Source: Anaerolineae bacterium
GTDB taxonomy: Bacteria; Chloroflexota; Anaerolineae; UBA7937; B3-Chlor
Length of the DNA: 64,000 nt
Reading direction: 5' to 3'
Assembly (NCBI GenBank): GCA_034411995.1
Contig: DAOUME010000030.1
Coordinates: forward strand, 47,409-111,408
Position numbers and translations under genes: made by a program. This document shows positions 1 to 10,010 of the stretch, in pieces. The notes under the pieces are model-generated. The model saw only the letters and a list, made by a program, of their open reading frames with translations, was not told the origin of the DNA and did not search any database. Each line of letters begins with the position of its first letter. The stretch's first letter is position 1.

Positions 1-728
1 AGAGGTGTGCCCAACAGGGCCGCGAAGGACTGGGCAGGCGTGCCATCCTCCAATTCTACACCAGGAAAGATCGGCCTTCCCCCATTGCGGATGTCCACAC
101 CTGCAAAGCCGGACAGGGCATTGATGGCACTGAGGCCGTCAGCACCTCCCTGCTTGGCGGCCGTCCCTATAGGGGTGAGGTCAATGACCTTGGTGTTCAA
201 CTTGGCGATAACCGGAATCCTGACTGCCTCCTTCAGAGCTCTGGTGATTACCATGGTAAGATCGGGATGCATGCCAATGCGCTCGCCAGTGAATACAGGA
301 AAGCCATCTTCTTCTTGATAGATCTGGCAGTTGAGGTCCATCTCGAGCATGTCGGCCCCCGCCTTTTGCAGCGCCAGGGCGTTCTCCACCCAACTGTCCA
401 CAAAGTAGGACTTGCCGATCACGTTGGCTACGACGGGGATACGCAATTCCCTCTTGGCTGTCTTGACCAGCTCTACCCCTTCCTCCAGTGTCAGGCGCCG
501 GTCACCGCCCGCCACGCACCAGGCGCCGTTGCCCAGCACCACCGCCCGATAGGGTTGGCGATCCACCCGTGGGGGAACAGCCGTGGAAGCGAGCTTGGTG
601 ACAACACCTCCGGCACCGGCTTCCTCGAGCTGTCGCAACTTGGTCGGGTGGTTAGTGAGGGAAGAAGAGGCGATGAGCACCGGATTCTTAAACTCCACAC
701 CAGCGAACTCGACTCGCAGATTGGCCAT
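1..728 (-). CDS. Dihydroorotate-dehydrogenase-family TIM-barrel flavoprotein (PreA / dihydropyrimidine-dehydrogenase-B-like). Only the 5' part is present; the gene runs off the left edge.
   Basis: Not in the ORF track because no stop lies in the window. My reverse translation from ATG 728-726 gives MANLRVEFAGVEFKNPVLIASSSLTNHPTKLRQLEEAGAGGVVTKLAS...ADMLEMDLNCQ...IPVIAKL, the N-terminal pattern of class-1 DHOD/PreA-type proteins. AGGAGG lies at 740-735. Confidence 0.55.
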   Translation of the reverse strand, partial: MANLRVEFAGVEFKNPVLIASSSLTNHPTKLRQLEEAGAGGVVTKLASTAVPPRVDRQPYRAVVLGNGAWCVAGGDRRLTLEEGVELVKTAKRELRIPVVANVIGKSYFVDSWVENALALQKAGADMLEMDLNCQIYQEEDGFPVFTGERIGMHPDLTMVITRALKEAVRIPVIAKLNTKVIDLTPIGTAAKQGGADGLSAINALSGFAGVDIRNGGRPIFPGVELEDGTPAQSFAALLGTP

Positions 729-797
729 GAAATGCCTCCTTCCAACGATCCGCAACTTCTTTGTGCTGCCTGTCAGGAATAACCCGACCGGCGATGG

Positions 798-1535
798 TCA
801 GCCAAGCCACTTCCTAGCGGCGCCAATCGTGCCATCGTCGACGCGGCCGGTCCTGCCGAGCATCTTCTTGACCATGCGCAGGTGCTCGCGCATCGCTTCC
901 CGTGCTTGCTCCCTGTCGCCATTCTTGACGGCTTCGAAGATCTCCCTATGGCCCGCCAACGACAGCTCGGTACTTCCTGGCGGTTCAATCGTCACTCGTC
1001 TGCTTTCCCGCAACAGCTCCGCAAGTGGCTTCAACAAAATGGGCAACACCTCATTGTGTGTTGCCCTGGTGAGCAGTTCGTGGAACTCCAAGTCTGCCTC
1101 GACATACTCATCGCGCGAGTCGAAGAGCCCGGCCTCATGCCTAAGGCTTCTCTCCATTTGCTCTTGATCCTCTTGCGTGGCCCTCTCGGCGGCCAAACCC
1201 GCGATTTCGACCTCGAGAATCTCTCTGACTTCCAGGAGAGGCATCAGAGAACTCTCGCTAACCCGAAGGTGGAGCGCCAGCGACTCCGTGACGGCGTCTA
1301 TCGAGGGTTCAGCAACGTACACCCCGCTGCCATGCCTGACCTCGACCAGTCCTCTCTCCTCCAGACTTCTCACCGCCTCTCGCACTACCGTCCGGCTAAC
1401 GTCAAACCCTTTGGTCAACTCACGTTCGGGAGGGAGTTTGTCGCCTGGCCGTAACTGCCGTTGCTCGATGAGCTCCTGGATCTGGCTCACGACCTCTTCA
1501 TGCAGTCTGCCGCGCTTTGCCGCTCGGTATCTCAC
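798..1535 (-). CDS. GntR-family transcriptional regulator with a FadR-type (FCD) C-terminal domain
   Basis: Track ORF is 798..1610. Winged-HTH block LPPERELTKGFDVSRTVVREAVRSLEERGLVEVRHGSGVYV. I moved the start to GTG 1535 because GGAGGAGG lies 7-8 nt upstream; the track start (TTG 1610) has no SD. Confidence 0.85.
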   Translation of the reverse strand: MRYRAAKRGRLHEEVVSQIQELIEQRQLRPGDKLPPERELTKGFDVSRTVVREAVRSLEERGLVEVRHGSGVYVAEPSIDAVTESLALHLRVSESSLMPLLEVREILEVEIAGLAAERATQEDQEQMERSLRHEAGLFDSRDEYVEADLEFHELLTRATHNEVLPILLKPLAELLRESRRVTIEPPGSTELSLAGHREIFEAVKNGDREQAREAMREHLRMVKKMLGRTGRVDDGTIGAARKWLG

Positions 1536-1658
1536 CCAGCTATCCTCCTCCAGGCAATGGCCTCTGGGACAAGTCAGTTCCGAGAGAGCAGCACCGCACC
1601 ACATGGCCAACTCGCGGAATGGTGTGGAGAGGTTATATGGTCATATGATGACATGCTG

Positions 1659-1687
1659 ATTATACAGTCTTTCCGTTCCCCTGTCAA
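1659..1687 (-). promoter_or_regulatory. Consensus sigma70-type promoter TTGACA-N17-TATAAT reading toward the GntR gene
   Basis: Minus strand 1687->1659 reads TTGACAggggaacggaaagactgTATAAT, a 12/12 match with a 17-nt spacer, in a locally AT-rich patch. The near-palindrome TGGTCATATGATGA (1638-1651) lies just downstream of the predicted start site. Confidence 0.55.
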
Positions 1688-2295
1688 GCCCCTGCAGCCA
1701 CTCTGGCACATGTTCCGCAGGCCATTACGCCCAACGGATGGGCGCTGGGCAAACGGATCCCCTCTCAGTCAACAACGCTTAGTCCTGAGTAGGGCCCTCT
1801 CGGAGCCACCGCCAGTACCGCCCCCCAACCGGCGGAGACGGCCAGGATTAGTCCCGGCACGCCTCAGTGTTTCCGTTACGAGGCGGGTCACGGCGCCCGT
1901 CGGCGGGTGGGGGCATGCCCATGGCGCTGAGGCTCTCGCTGGTGCACTGGGCTAACAAGTATGATCCGGGGACCGATTTCCAGGCAGGACGTCGGTGTGA
2001 ATCACCCGGCTGTGTTGTCGGCGGTTCTCACTCGCGCAAGTGGAAAGCCGCTCGGTCAGCGACGCCGGCGGGTCAACTCCGCGTTCCGAACCAACTGCTG
2101 CGGCTCACCGTTCCACGTCGCGAGCCTTCGCGAGGCGCCAACAACTTCGTCACCGAGAGGGCAGTCAGCCTGAATGAACAGATCAGAAGCGTCCTCGCCC
2201 ATTCGGGGTCATGGATGCTCCGCTTCGCCTCGGGGCCACGATGCTACCCGGTTCCCGGCCCACGGCTCAGGGCCTCGCGCACTAGCCTGAACCGC

Positions 2296-3369
2296 CTACC
2301 TTTTCCAGCTATCCTTCAGGACGCGGAACCAGTTCCGATAGGCGATCTTCTCCAGGCTTTCGTCGTCGTAGCCCCGATCCCGCAAAGCGTGGATCAGGTT
2401 GGGCAAACGGGTCACGTCGCCCAGTTCCTGCGGCATCACCGCCCCATCGAAGTCAGATCCCAGGGCCACGTGATCGATGCCAATCCTGTCCACAACGTAG
2501 TCGATGTGGCGCACTATCCCGGTGAGCGGAATGTCCGCCTCGCGCCGCCCATCAGGCCTGGTCATGCTGGGCGCGAGGATGATCCCGACCAAGCCATTCG
2601 ATTCACCAATGGAGTCAATCTGCTCATCTGTGAGGTTCCGGCTCAAGGGGCAGATGGCGTGTACACCAGCGTGGCTAACCACCAGCGGGCCCTCAGACAG
2701 TTCTGCTACGTCCCAGAAGCCTTTCTCGTTCATGTGGGCCAGATCGATCAGAACCCCCATCCGGTTGCAGCCCCGAACGAGCTCTTTCCCCGCCTCTGTC
2801 AACCCGGGACCGGTGTCCGGCGAGTGCGGAAACCTGAAGGGGACGCCGTGGCCGAAGACGTTGGGTCGACTCCACACCAGACCCAATGATCGCAGCCCTC
2901 TCTCGTAGTATGCCTCCATATTGCTCAGATCCTCCTTGATCGCAGCCGCGCCCTCCAAGTGCAAAACGATACTGAGCACGCCCTCCCGGAGATTGCGCTC
3001 CAGGTCCTGGTAATGGCGAACGAGGGCCACCTGCCCATCGGCCTCCTTTTCGAGCTCGTACACAGCGTCGATGATCGATCGTGTGAACTCACTCGAGTAC
3101 TCATGCTCCACGGGGCTGCGAGGACTGACCTCATATCCATCTTCGGTGACCGTTAGGCCATACTGCAAACCCCGTTCTTTCGAGCCCGGCGGTGGCGGGG
3201 TGTAGATGGCGAAGATCCCTCCGATCAGTCCACCCTCTCTCGCTCGGGGCAGGTCGATATGCCCTCTTTCGCTCCTTTCGAGCAAGGAACGCGCTTCCCC
3301 ATCTTCCGGTGCGTACAGGTCGATTAGCGTGTCGTTGTGTCCGTCAAAGATCGGAATTCGAGTCATCAC
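2296..3369 (-). CDS. Membrane (renal-type) dipeptidase, peptidase family M19
   Basis: 357 aa. IPIFDGHNDTL (His-x-Asp metal motif), DLAHMNEKGFWDV, VVSHAGVHAICPLSRNLTDEQ and ALGSDFDG are hallmark M19 blocks. Confidence 0.9.
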   Translation of the reverse strand: MMTRIPIFDGHNDTLIDLYAPEDGEARSLLERSERGHIDLPRAREGGLIGGIFAIYTPPPPGSKERGLQYGLTVTEDGYEVSPRSPVEHEYSSEFTRSIIDAVYELEKEADGQVALVRHYQDLERNLREGVLSIVLHLEGAAAIKEDLSNMEAYYERGLRSLGLVWSRPNVFGHGVPFRFPHSPDTGPGLTEAGKELVRGCNRMGVLIDLAHMNEKGFWDVAELSEGPLVVSHAGVHAICPLSRNLTDEQIDSIGESNGLVGIILAPSMTRPDGRREADIPLTGIVRHIDYVVDRIGIDHVALGSDFDGAVMPQELGDVTRLPNLIHALRDRGYDDESLEKIAYRNWFRVLKDSWKR

Positions 3370-4807
3370 TTGCCTCCATTGCTCATGAACGACATGGTAC
3401 CATCTCCCCGCGCCCGATTTTGCTGTCGGCCCGGGTGCGACCAGCCTCTACGGGTCAGCGTCCATGCCACGGACGCCGCCGCTTGCCCTGAGCAGGAAAT
3501 GAACTCTCACCAGAATGAAGATGGGCAGCCCAGCGGCTCCGGCGGCGAAGTACCCATCGGTCCGTGCGGTCAAGATAACCGGAGCCGTGAGCCGGCGGCC
3601 GATGATGCAGGCGCTATACACAATCCAATCCCAGACTCCCCCGGTACCTCCCATCCCGCTCGACCCTCCTGTCTGCTCCAGGCGACTCCGCCTCTCCGCA
3701 AGGAACTTCCAACACTTCCTGCGCTGCGGCGATACTACCACGATGCGTCGTCCTGGCCAAGGGCTGCCTCCCAACCACCGTGCCCCGCGCTCGTACCGGC
3801 GCGTCCGCCTTCAATGGTGGTAGCGTCGTCCTGCCGTGGGCCACCCAGTCCGTCCTCTGTGCCACGAGGCCCCAGTCTGGAGATCTCCGTTCTACTTCGA
3901 TGAGTGGCTGAGACACATCTCTGATCCCGGCCGTCGTCAACCGGCGCGGTTGCACGAGAGGAAGAGACTCACGCGGAAAGGAGTCCCTCGCTGCCGGGCT
4001 GCGGCAGGCATCACACCAAGACAGCCCGGAGACAAAGCGGCCATACCTGAAGCGGACGCCGGGCGGTTTCGTGGAGGCGATGCCGGCCGCACAAGTCCAA
4101 GGCTGAGGCCCGGTAGAGAGTCCCCCTGGCGATCACCCCGAGTTTCCGCGGCGCCACTGCTTGTGAAGGGCATCCGTCCAGACCGTTGGTCATGATTCGC
4201 ACAAGCTCTACCGACGCCCCACCCCCGACAGGATGGCACATTGCCACCCCCAGTCGTGGCGTTCAGAGCGTTCCCAGACAGCCGCCACGGGTGCGGTACC
4301 TCAGTCCTCACGGGCGCCACTCTCTGTCCGGGGCGCACCAGAGTAGAGTGGAAATGCAGTGCAGGAACCGAGGAATGGGTGAAGCCCAGAATCTCATCTC
4401 TGTGTTCTCCAGACCAGCGAACCGATACTGGCCACTTGACCAGCAAGAAGACTGGCCACCTGGCTACCACGGACATCCCCCAGATGGCCGATGTGTCTGG
4501 CGGCTATTGGTGTACACTGGGGGTGGACGAAGAGCAGGGGCCAGGGCACGGGGCAGGCAGAGGGGCCGTCGCGTGGAAGTGCGGTGTCCGAAGAGCGGCC
4601 CCCTACGGAATGCCATGCAAGCAATGGATGATCCCGTTCACCACGCTGCGGCTCAAGAACACCGCCCCCTGCTTGATCATACACTTCGTGTCGAACGGAA
4701 TCGGTATGTTGATCGTGGTGCCGCCGTTGTTGACCGTATAGCGCAGCCATGCCTTCGAGGCGATCCTCCACGACACGCGCTGTTCTACTTCGGTAAGGAG
4801 GAAAACC

Positions 4808-6979
4808 GTGCTCAAGCGTCATGCCGCAACACTCATCCTAGTCACACTGATTACCCTGGTCTCCGGCTGTGGCTCGGGCGAGCCTTCAGGGTCAGCGTTG
4901 GCGACAACGCCCACGCCACCGACGAGCACCCCCGTGCCATCCCCGACCACGGCCGGGCCAGCGGCCCCGACCGCCCCTCCGCCGGTCGCTGCCCGCAGCG
5001 CCGAGGGCTTGATCGCTTTCGTCTCCACCCGCGATGGCAACGGCGAAATCTATGTGATGAACGCCGACGGCAGCGACGAGCGACGGCTGACGAACTGGCG
5101 CCAGTGGGACGGCTATCCTGCCTGGTCACCCGATGGCCAACAAATCGCCTATTACAGCTATCTCGAGGATAAGGAGTGGGTGATCAAGGTAATGGACGTG
5201 GATGGCGGCACCCCCCGCCAGTTGACCGACAGCGGCAGCTGTGACGCAGCGCCGTACTGGTCGCCCGATGGAACGCGGATCGCCTACACCTCGGCTGCTG
5301 ATTGCACCGCTGAGCATCGTGAAATCTACGTCATGAACGCCGATGGCAGCGACCAGATAAACCTGACTCAGAACGCAGCGGACGATGTGGGCTCCTCTTG
5401 GTCCCCTGACGGCACCCAGCTTGTCTTTTCCTCGAACCGCGACGGCAACTACGAGCTCTATGTCATGGACGCCGACGGCGGCCATGTGCGCCGACTGACA
5501 CACGACGCCGACGACGACCATGCGCCGGCATGGGCACCCGACGGAACCCAGATCGCCTTCTACTCTGAGCGCGATGGCGACGCGGAGATCTATCTGATGG
5601 ACGTGAACGGCGACGAAGATGGCTCGCGCCATCCGCGAAACCTGACCAACAATCCTACCGAAGACTGGTTCCCCCGTTGGTCGCCCGACGGCCGCCAGAT
5701 CACCTTCAGTTCCAGGCGCGACGGGAACCTGGACATCTACGTGATGAACGCCGACGGCAGCGATGTCCGCCGGCTGACAGACAGCCCCCGGAAAGACTTC
5801 AACTCTGTCTGGCAACCTCAGCCGGTGAACGCTGAGGTGGATACCTGTGTGAAGACCTACCCCGGTGATCACAGATGGGCGGCGCTGGACGGGCTGGTCA
5901 CGGATGACGGCGGTTACCTTCTCGTCGGAGCCAGCAACTACAGCCACCAGAACTCCGCGCTGGAGGACATTTACCTGGCGAAGACGGACTCTGCTGGCGA
6001 GATCGTCTGGTACAGGGTCTATGGCGGAGATGACTTCGATCAGGGGAAAGCGACGCTGGAGACCAGCGGCAGTTTCGTCATCCTGGGAGAGACCGCGTCC
6101 ATCGGCAGCGGTGATTGGGATATCTACCTGCTTCAGGTTGACCACGAGGGCAACGAGATCTGGCACCGCACCTTTGGCGGGCCGGGCAAAGAACGGGCCA
6201 ACGCCATCCGCCAGACCGCCGACGGGGGATATATCCTCGTCGGGGAGACAGCATCCTTTGGCGCCCAGGGCGCGGACCTCTACCTGGTCAAGACCGATGA
6301 CCTGGGAGGTGAGACCTGGTCGCGGACCTACGGCGGCGAGTACGACGAAGAAGGATACGATGTCCAGCAAACACCGGACGGCGGGTTTCTGGTCCTGTCC
6401 CAGGTCACGCACGGGGAAGGGGTCTATCAAGACCAGGACCCTGACGTGTACCTATTGCGGACCGACGGCTCGGGTAACGAGCTCTGGTCTCAAGTATGGG
6501 CAGGCCAGAACGTGGAAGGTGGACACGTCCTGCTGCCGGTGTCAGACGATGGGTACGTCATCGTGGGCATCGAAGGGACCGCGGGCAGCCAGTCGGACAT
6601 TGACTTTCTGCTGGCCAAGATAGACGCTGCCGGAAATCAGATCTGGAAAAGGACACTGGGTGACCAGCACGCCCTGGATTATGGCACAGACGCCATCGAG
6701 CTCCCTGGTGAAGACTACCTGCTCGTCGGGATGTCCTCCCGGAGCGGCCGTGGCGCGATTCCACTGCTCAGAACTGACGCGGGCGGGGAGCTTCTCTGGA
6801 CACGGATGCTGGTCGAGGCCCGGGGAAACAAGGTGGGGATGAGGCTATTGCCCACACCGGATGGAGGTTGCCTCATCGTCGGCTTAACAGACGAGTTCGG
6901 CCGTGGGTTCGAGACGATCCTGATCAAGATCAATAGAGAAGGACTTGGACTGCCTGGGGCAGACAACCTTCAGCCCTAG
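4808..6979 (+). CDS. Secreted lipoprotein with six TolB-type PD40 repeats followed by a seven-copy C-terminal repeat domain
   Basis: GTG start with AAGGAGG 6 nt upstream. Signal peptide with lipobox LVSGC, then a Pro/Thr/Ala linker. Six repeats of the form SPDG..IA..S.RDGN.EIYVMNADGS..RRLT, then seven ~45-aa repeats of the form DGGY.LVG.T.S.G...D.YL.K.D..G...W...YGG. Confidence 0.8.
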   Translation: MLKRHAATLILVTLITLVSGCGSGEPSGSALATTPTPPTSTPVPSPTTAGPAAPTAPPPVAARSAEGLIAFVSTRDGNGEIYVMNADGSDERRLTNWRQWDGYPAWSPDGQQIAYYSYLEDKEWVIKVMDVDGGTPRQLTDSGSCDAAPYWSPDGTRIAYTSAADCTAEHREIYVMNADGSDQINLTQNAADDVGSSWSPDGTQLVFSSNRDGNYELYVMDADGGHVRRLTHDADDDHAPAWAPDGTQIAFYSERDGDAEIYLMDVNGDEDGSRHPRNLTNNPTEDWFPRWSPDGRQITFSSRRDGNLDIYVMNADGSDVRRLTDSPRKDFNSVWQPQPVNAEVDTCVKTYPGDHRWAALDGLVTDDGGYLLVGASNYSHQNSALEDIYLAKTDSAGEIVWYRVYGGDDFDQGKATLETSGSFVILGETASIGSGDWDIYLLQVDHEGNEIWHRTFGGPGKERANAIRQTADGGYILVGETASFGAQGADLYLVKTDDLGGETWSRTYGGEYDEEGYDVQQTPDGGFLVLSQVTHGEGVYQDQDPDVYLLRTDGSGNELWSQVWAGQNVEGGHVLLPVSDDGYVIVGIEGTAGSQSDIDFLLAKIDAAGNQIWKRTLGDQHALDYGTDAIELPGEDYLLVGMSSRSGRGAIPLLRTDAGGELLWTRMLVEARGNKVGMRLLPTPDGGCLIVGLTDEFGRGFETILIKINREGLGLPGADNLQP

Positions 6980-7145
6980 GGGCCTTCCGCTGACAAGCCC
7001 CCGGGGTGGCTTGCGCCGTGTGGTTGGCGCAGAGCCTCGTAACGTCTTCGGCAAGCCAGCCTGCCTTCCTTCCGGGGTTGCCTACAGCGCGCACTGTGAC
7101 GCTACCGGACCGACTCAAAGGGCCGGGGCTTGCCCAAGATCACCA

Positions 7146-7760
7146 TCATCTCTCTTTAAGACGATCCGTTCGTTGGCCATACCGTTCCACCAGTGTGCGG
7201 CGGGACATCCACAACCGATACCGCTGCAGGCGCAAGAACCGTTTTCCTCCCAAGCTTCCAGGATTGAAGGTCCACATGAGCGCCCAGGAGTATATGTTCT
7301 CCCAGAAGTGCGTGAACCGCCCCCAGCGCCCTGCCCGAGCGGTCAAGTTGACAACGTCGAAACCCAGCCGCGCCGGCAGACTGGCGAGCACCGGGGAATC
7401 ATCCTTCTCCACAAACGCCATCTGCCCGCCAAGGGCCACGATGTCTTGCAGGTCTTGTGCCGCGAGATAAGCGGCCAGACTCCGCAGAGACTCGACCGCC
7501 AGGCGGTGGAACCTCACCGCCCACCTCAAATCCGGCCCCTCCAGCGGCATCCGCGGTAGGTGTTCATTCCACAAGTGCAGCTCGCATATCTTATCCCCAG
7601 CTCGTATCTTCGTGCCGTCAGAGAGCTCGAAGTCCTTCGGGTAAGTGGTCAGGGCGATACGCAGGATGCACTCTTCGTCCTGGGTGAACTCTTGGACGCT
7701 CCCCTGGCGCTGCAACAGAAGATCCAGGCCCAGCACCATTGCCCGCAGCACGTCTGTCAT
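7146..7760 (-). CDS. Conserved hypothetical protein, possibly YkoP-like
   Basis: Clean 204-aa ORF with ATG start. LSDGTKIRAGDKICELHLWNEHLP and ARLGFDVVNL resemble my recollection of Bacillus YkoP-type proteins. The family call is from memory only and the function is unknown. Confidence 0.4.
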   Translation of the reverse strand: MTDVLRAMVLGLDLLLQRQGSVQEFTQDEECILRIALTTYPKDFELSDGTKIRAGDKICELHLWNEHLPRMPLEGPDLRWAVRFHRLAVESLRSLAAYLAAQDLQDIVALGGQMAFVEKDDSPVLASLPARLGFDVVNLTARAGRWGRFTHFWENIYSWALMWTFNPGSLGGKRFLRLQRYRLWMSRRTLVERYGQRTDRLKER

Positions 7761-7781
7761 CGTGACCTGCTCTGATTCTCC

Positions 7782-8123
7782 CTACCGGCCCAGGGAAACG
7801 ATGAAGATCCCGCTGGTGATCAGCGCCACGCCAAACCATTGCCAGGCGGTGATCGCTTCGTGGAAGAAGAAGCGGGCTCCGAGAATCTCCACCAAGGCGA
7901 AGCCAAAGCCGGCGGTGACGGCCCAGGCCAGATGCAGCGACACCAGGCGTAACAAGAAAGTGAAGGTGATGACCGACAGAAAACCTGCGCTGTTCCCCAC
8001 CACCTGCCACCACAGGAAAGACTGCCATCCAGCGCTGTCAGCCGAGAGCTTGAAGCCGATATTGCTGGCCACGGTGAAGATCAGATTCGACAAAATGAGT
8101 CCGACAATGGATAGAGATCTCAC
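7782..8123 (-). CDS. Small four-helix membrane protein, SMR / EamA (DMT superfamily)-like
   Basis: 113 aa with a GTG start. Four hydrophobic segments (IVGLILSNLIFTVASNIGF; WWQVVGNSAGFLSVITFTFLL; LAWAVTAGFGFALVEILGARFFF; WFGVALITSGIFIVSL). Size and topology fit half-size DMT transporters. Confidence 0.55.
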   Translation of the reverse strand: MRSLSIVGLILSNLIFTVASNIGFKLSADSAGWQSFLWWQVVGNSAGFLSVITFTFLLRLVSLHLAWAVTAGFGFALVEILGARFFFHEAITAWQWFGVALITSGIFIVSLGR

Positions 8124-8471
8124 TCTCCCCGCCTCCTTTCGTTCGTCAGCGTCGCGCTCCGGTTGCGAAATGCTGCCCGCATTGTAGTCTCAGTGGCGTG
8201 CCAATGCCAGAGAGCCAAGAGCGAGCGCGCGGAAAGACGTCTCTCAGCGAGCTGGGTCGCGGGGGGCCGCTCAGGGCTAGCCCAACCTGGCGGTCCTCAG
8301 CCACCTCGCCGCTCAAAGGACCGCAGTGGCCCTCGCAGCTCCTCAGGCGATTTTCGTGGCCGCACCTCCAGCGAGATGCGTCGAAGACCCATTGTGCGGC
8401 TTCTCTTGTTGAGCACGACGACGAATCACAGTGGACCTAGTCTGGACCCATCACGCTTGCATCTTAGAGCG

Positions 8472-10010
8472 CTAGAGATCGAACCCTAGCCGCGCAATCG
8501 CGAAATCATGGTGTCCTGTGATCTCTGCCTTGGTGAGATGCCCATTGGCAACAGCGATGACCTGGCGAAAGATGCGCTGTCCCACGTCCTCTATCATCTC
8601 CCGCCCATCCAGAACCGCTCCGCAGTCGACGTCGATGTGTTCCCGCAGGTGCTCATTAACCTCGCTATTGCTCGAAACCTTGATGACCGGCGATATGGGG
8701 GACCCTGCGGGTGACCCTCTTCCGGTACTGAAGACCACGAGTTGGGCACCCCCTGCCACCATAGCCGTCACCGATGCAGGATCATACCCCGGCGTGTCCA
8801 TGATCACGAGCCCAGTCTGAGTCGGCCGCACTGCGTAGGGGACGACTTCTCGGATCGGCGAGGTGCCTCCTTTTCGGATTGCTCCCAGAGACTTCTCTTC
8901 GATGGTGGTTAGCCCCCCCGCCATGTTCCCCGGTGTTGGCTGAGCGCCGCGCAAGTCCGCTCCTGCGATGGCAGCCTGTCTCTCCCTCTGGGCCACGATC
9001 TGTAGAATACTCTCGCCAAGGACTTCGTTTGCCGCCCTTCTGACCAGCAGCTGTTCAGCTCCAATAAACTCTGGAGTCTCCGAGAGAATCACCGTGCCCC
9101 CATAGGCCACTACCAGGTCACTCGCCAACCCGACTGCGGGATTGGCCGTGAGTCCCGAGAAGGAGTCTGACCCTCCGCACTCGGTACCCATGATCACTTC
9201 GTGTAGATACACTGGCTGCCGCGGCTGCGACACCGCCTCCTGTATTTTCGCCTCGGCCCAGTCTACCGCTTTCTCCACCGTACGCCCGGTTCCTCCTTCC
9301 CCCTGCACCGTCAAGTGAAGCACGGCCTTACCACGGCTCGAGACCTGCTCATGCAACTCTTGCGCCGGTATGGTCTCACACCCTAGACTGACCAGTACCA
9401 CGGCGGCCACATTGGGGTGCGTGGCAAAGCCCAGGAGGACTCTCTTGGTCTGTTCCAGGTCGGCGCCGAGCTGCGTGCACCCATACGGATGAGTGATCGT
9501 CACCGCACCGTCCAGGAGACGGCCGATCCTGCTAGCCGTAGTGTTCGCACAACTGACAGTGGGCAGGATCAAGACATGGTTGCGAATCCCCACGGTTCCA
9601 TCGGGTCTTCGATATCCCATCACCGTCAGGGACTTGGGCATGTCAGCCAGAGGTGAGGGTCGGTCAGGGCCAACGATGGCGGGCGAGAAACCACTGTCGC
9701 TGGCTGGTAGCAGGGGATACTCTTGGCCCACATTTCCAGCATCGGTCACTGAGTGATACGACTGCACGTTGTGAATGTGTGTGTGAGAGCCTTTTTCGAT
9801 GGGGGAAGTGGCTCGCCCTATAGGCGCGCCATACTTGATGATAGGGTCCCGGACCTTCAGGGAGCACAGCGCCAGCTTGTGTCCCAAGGGAATAGCGTCG
9901 TTTAACATGATGACTTCGTCATCAACCCTTACCTCGGTCCCTGCCGTCAGATCGCGCAGGGCAGTGGCCACATTGTCCCCAGGGTCCAGTCTGACGACAT
10001 CACGCTCCAT
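8472..10010 (-). CDS. UxaA-family sugar-acid dehydratase (altronate / galactarate dehydratase-like)
   Basis: SAF-like N-terminus VVRLDPGDNVATALRDL...GHKLAL. C-terminal blocks GTECGGSDSFSGLTANP and VFSTGRGSP. Start set to ATG 10010 (GGAGG 5 nt upstream) rather than the track GTG 10016. Confidence 0.85.
   Translation of the reverse strand: MERDVVRLDPGDNVATALRDLTAGTEVRVDDEVIMLNDAIPLGHKLALCSLKVRDPIIKYGAPIGRATSPIEKGSHTHIHNVQSYHSVTDAGNVGQEYPLLPASDSGFSPAIVGPDRPSPLADMPKSLTVMGYRRPDGTVGIRNHVLILPTVSCANTTASRIGRLLDGAVTITHPYGCTQLGADLEQTKRVLLGFATHPNVAAVVLVSLGCETIPAQELHEQVSSRGKAVLHLTVQGEGGTGRTVEKAVDWAEAKIQEAVSQPRQPVYLHEVIMGTECGGSDSFSGLTANPAVGLASDLVVAYGGTVILSETPEFIGAEQLLVRRAANEVLGESILQIVAQRERQAAIAGADLRGAQPTPGNMAGGLTTIEEKSLGAIRKGGTSPIREVVPYAVRPTQTGLVIMDTPGYDPASVTAMVAGGAQLVVFSTGRGSPAGSPISPVIKVSSNSEVNEHLREHIDVDCGAVLDGREMIEDVGQRIFRQVIAVANGHLTKAEITGHHDFAIARLGFDL

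Noticed and set aside
4100-4200. Cobalamin-riboswitch-like fragments (GCCACTG at 4153-4159 followed by GAAGGGC and CCAGACCG)
   Set aside because: Only the short B12-box-like pieces are present. The upstream AGGGAA / GGTGAAA..CC elements are missing, and no B12-related gene follows within 600 nt.
5126-6430. 434-aa minus-strand ORF antisense to the PD40 lipoprotein
   Set aside because: Low-complexity Val/Gly/Arg/Asp-rich translation that mirrors the repeat periodicity of the plus-strand gene. It has no SD and no motifs.
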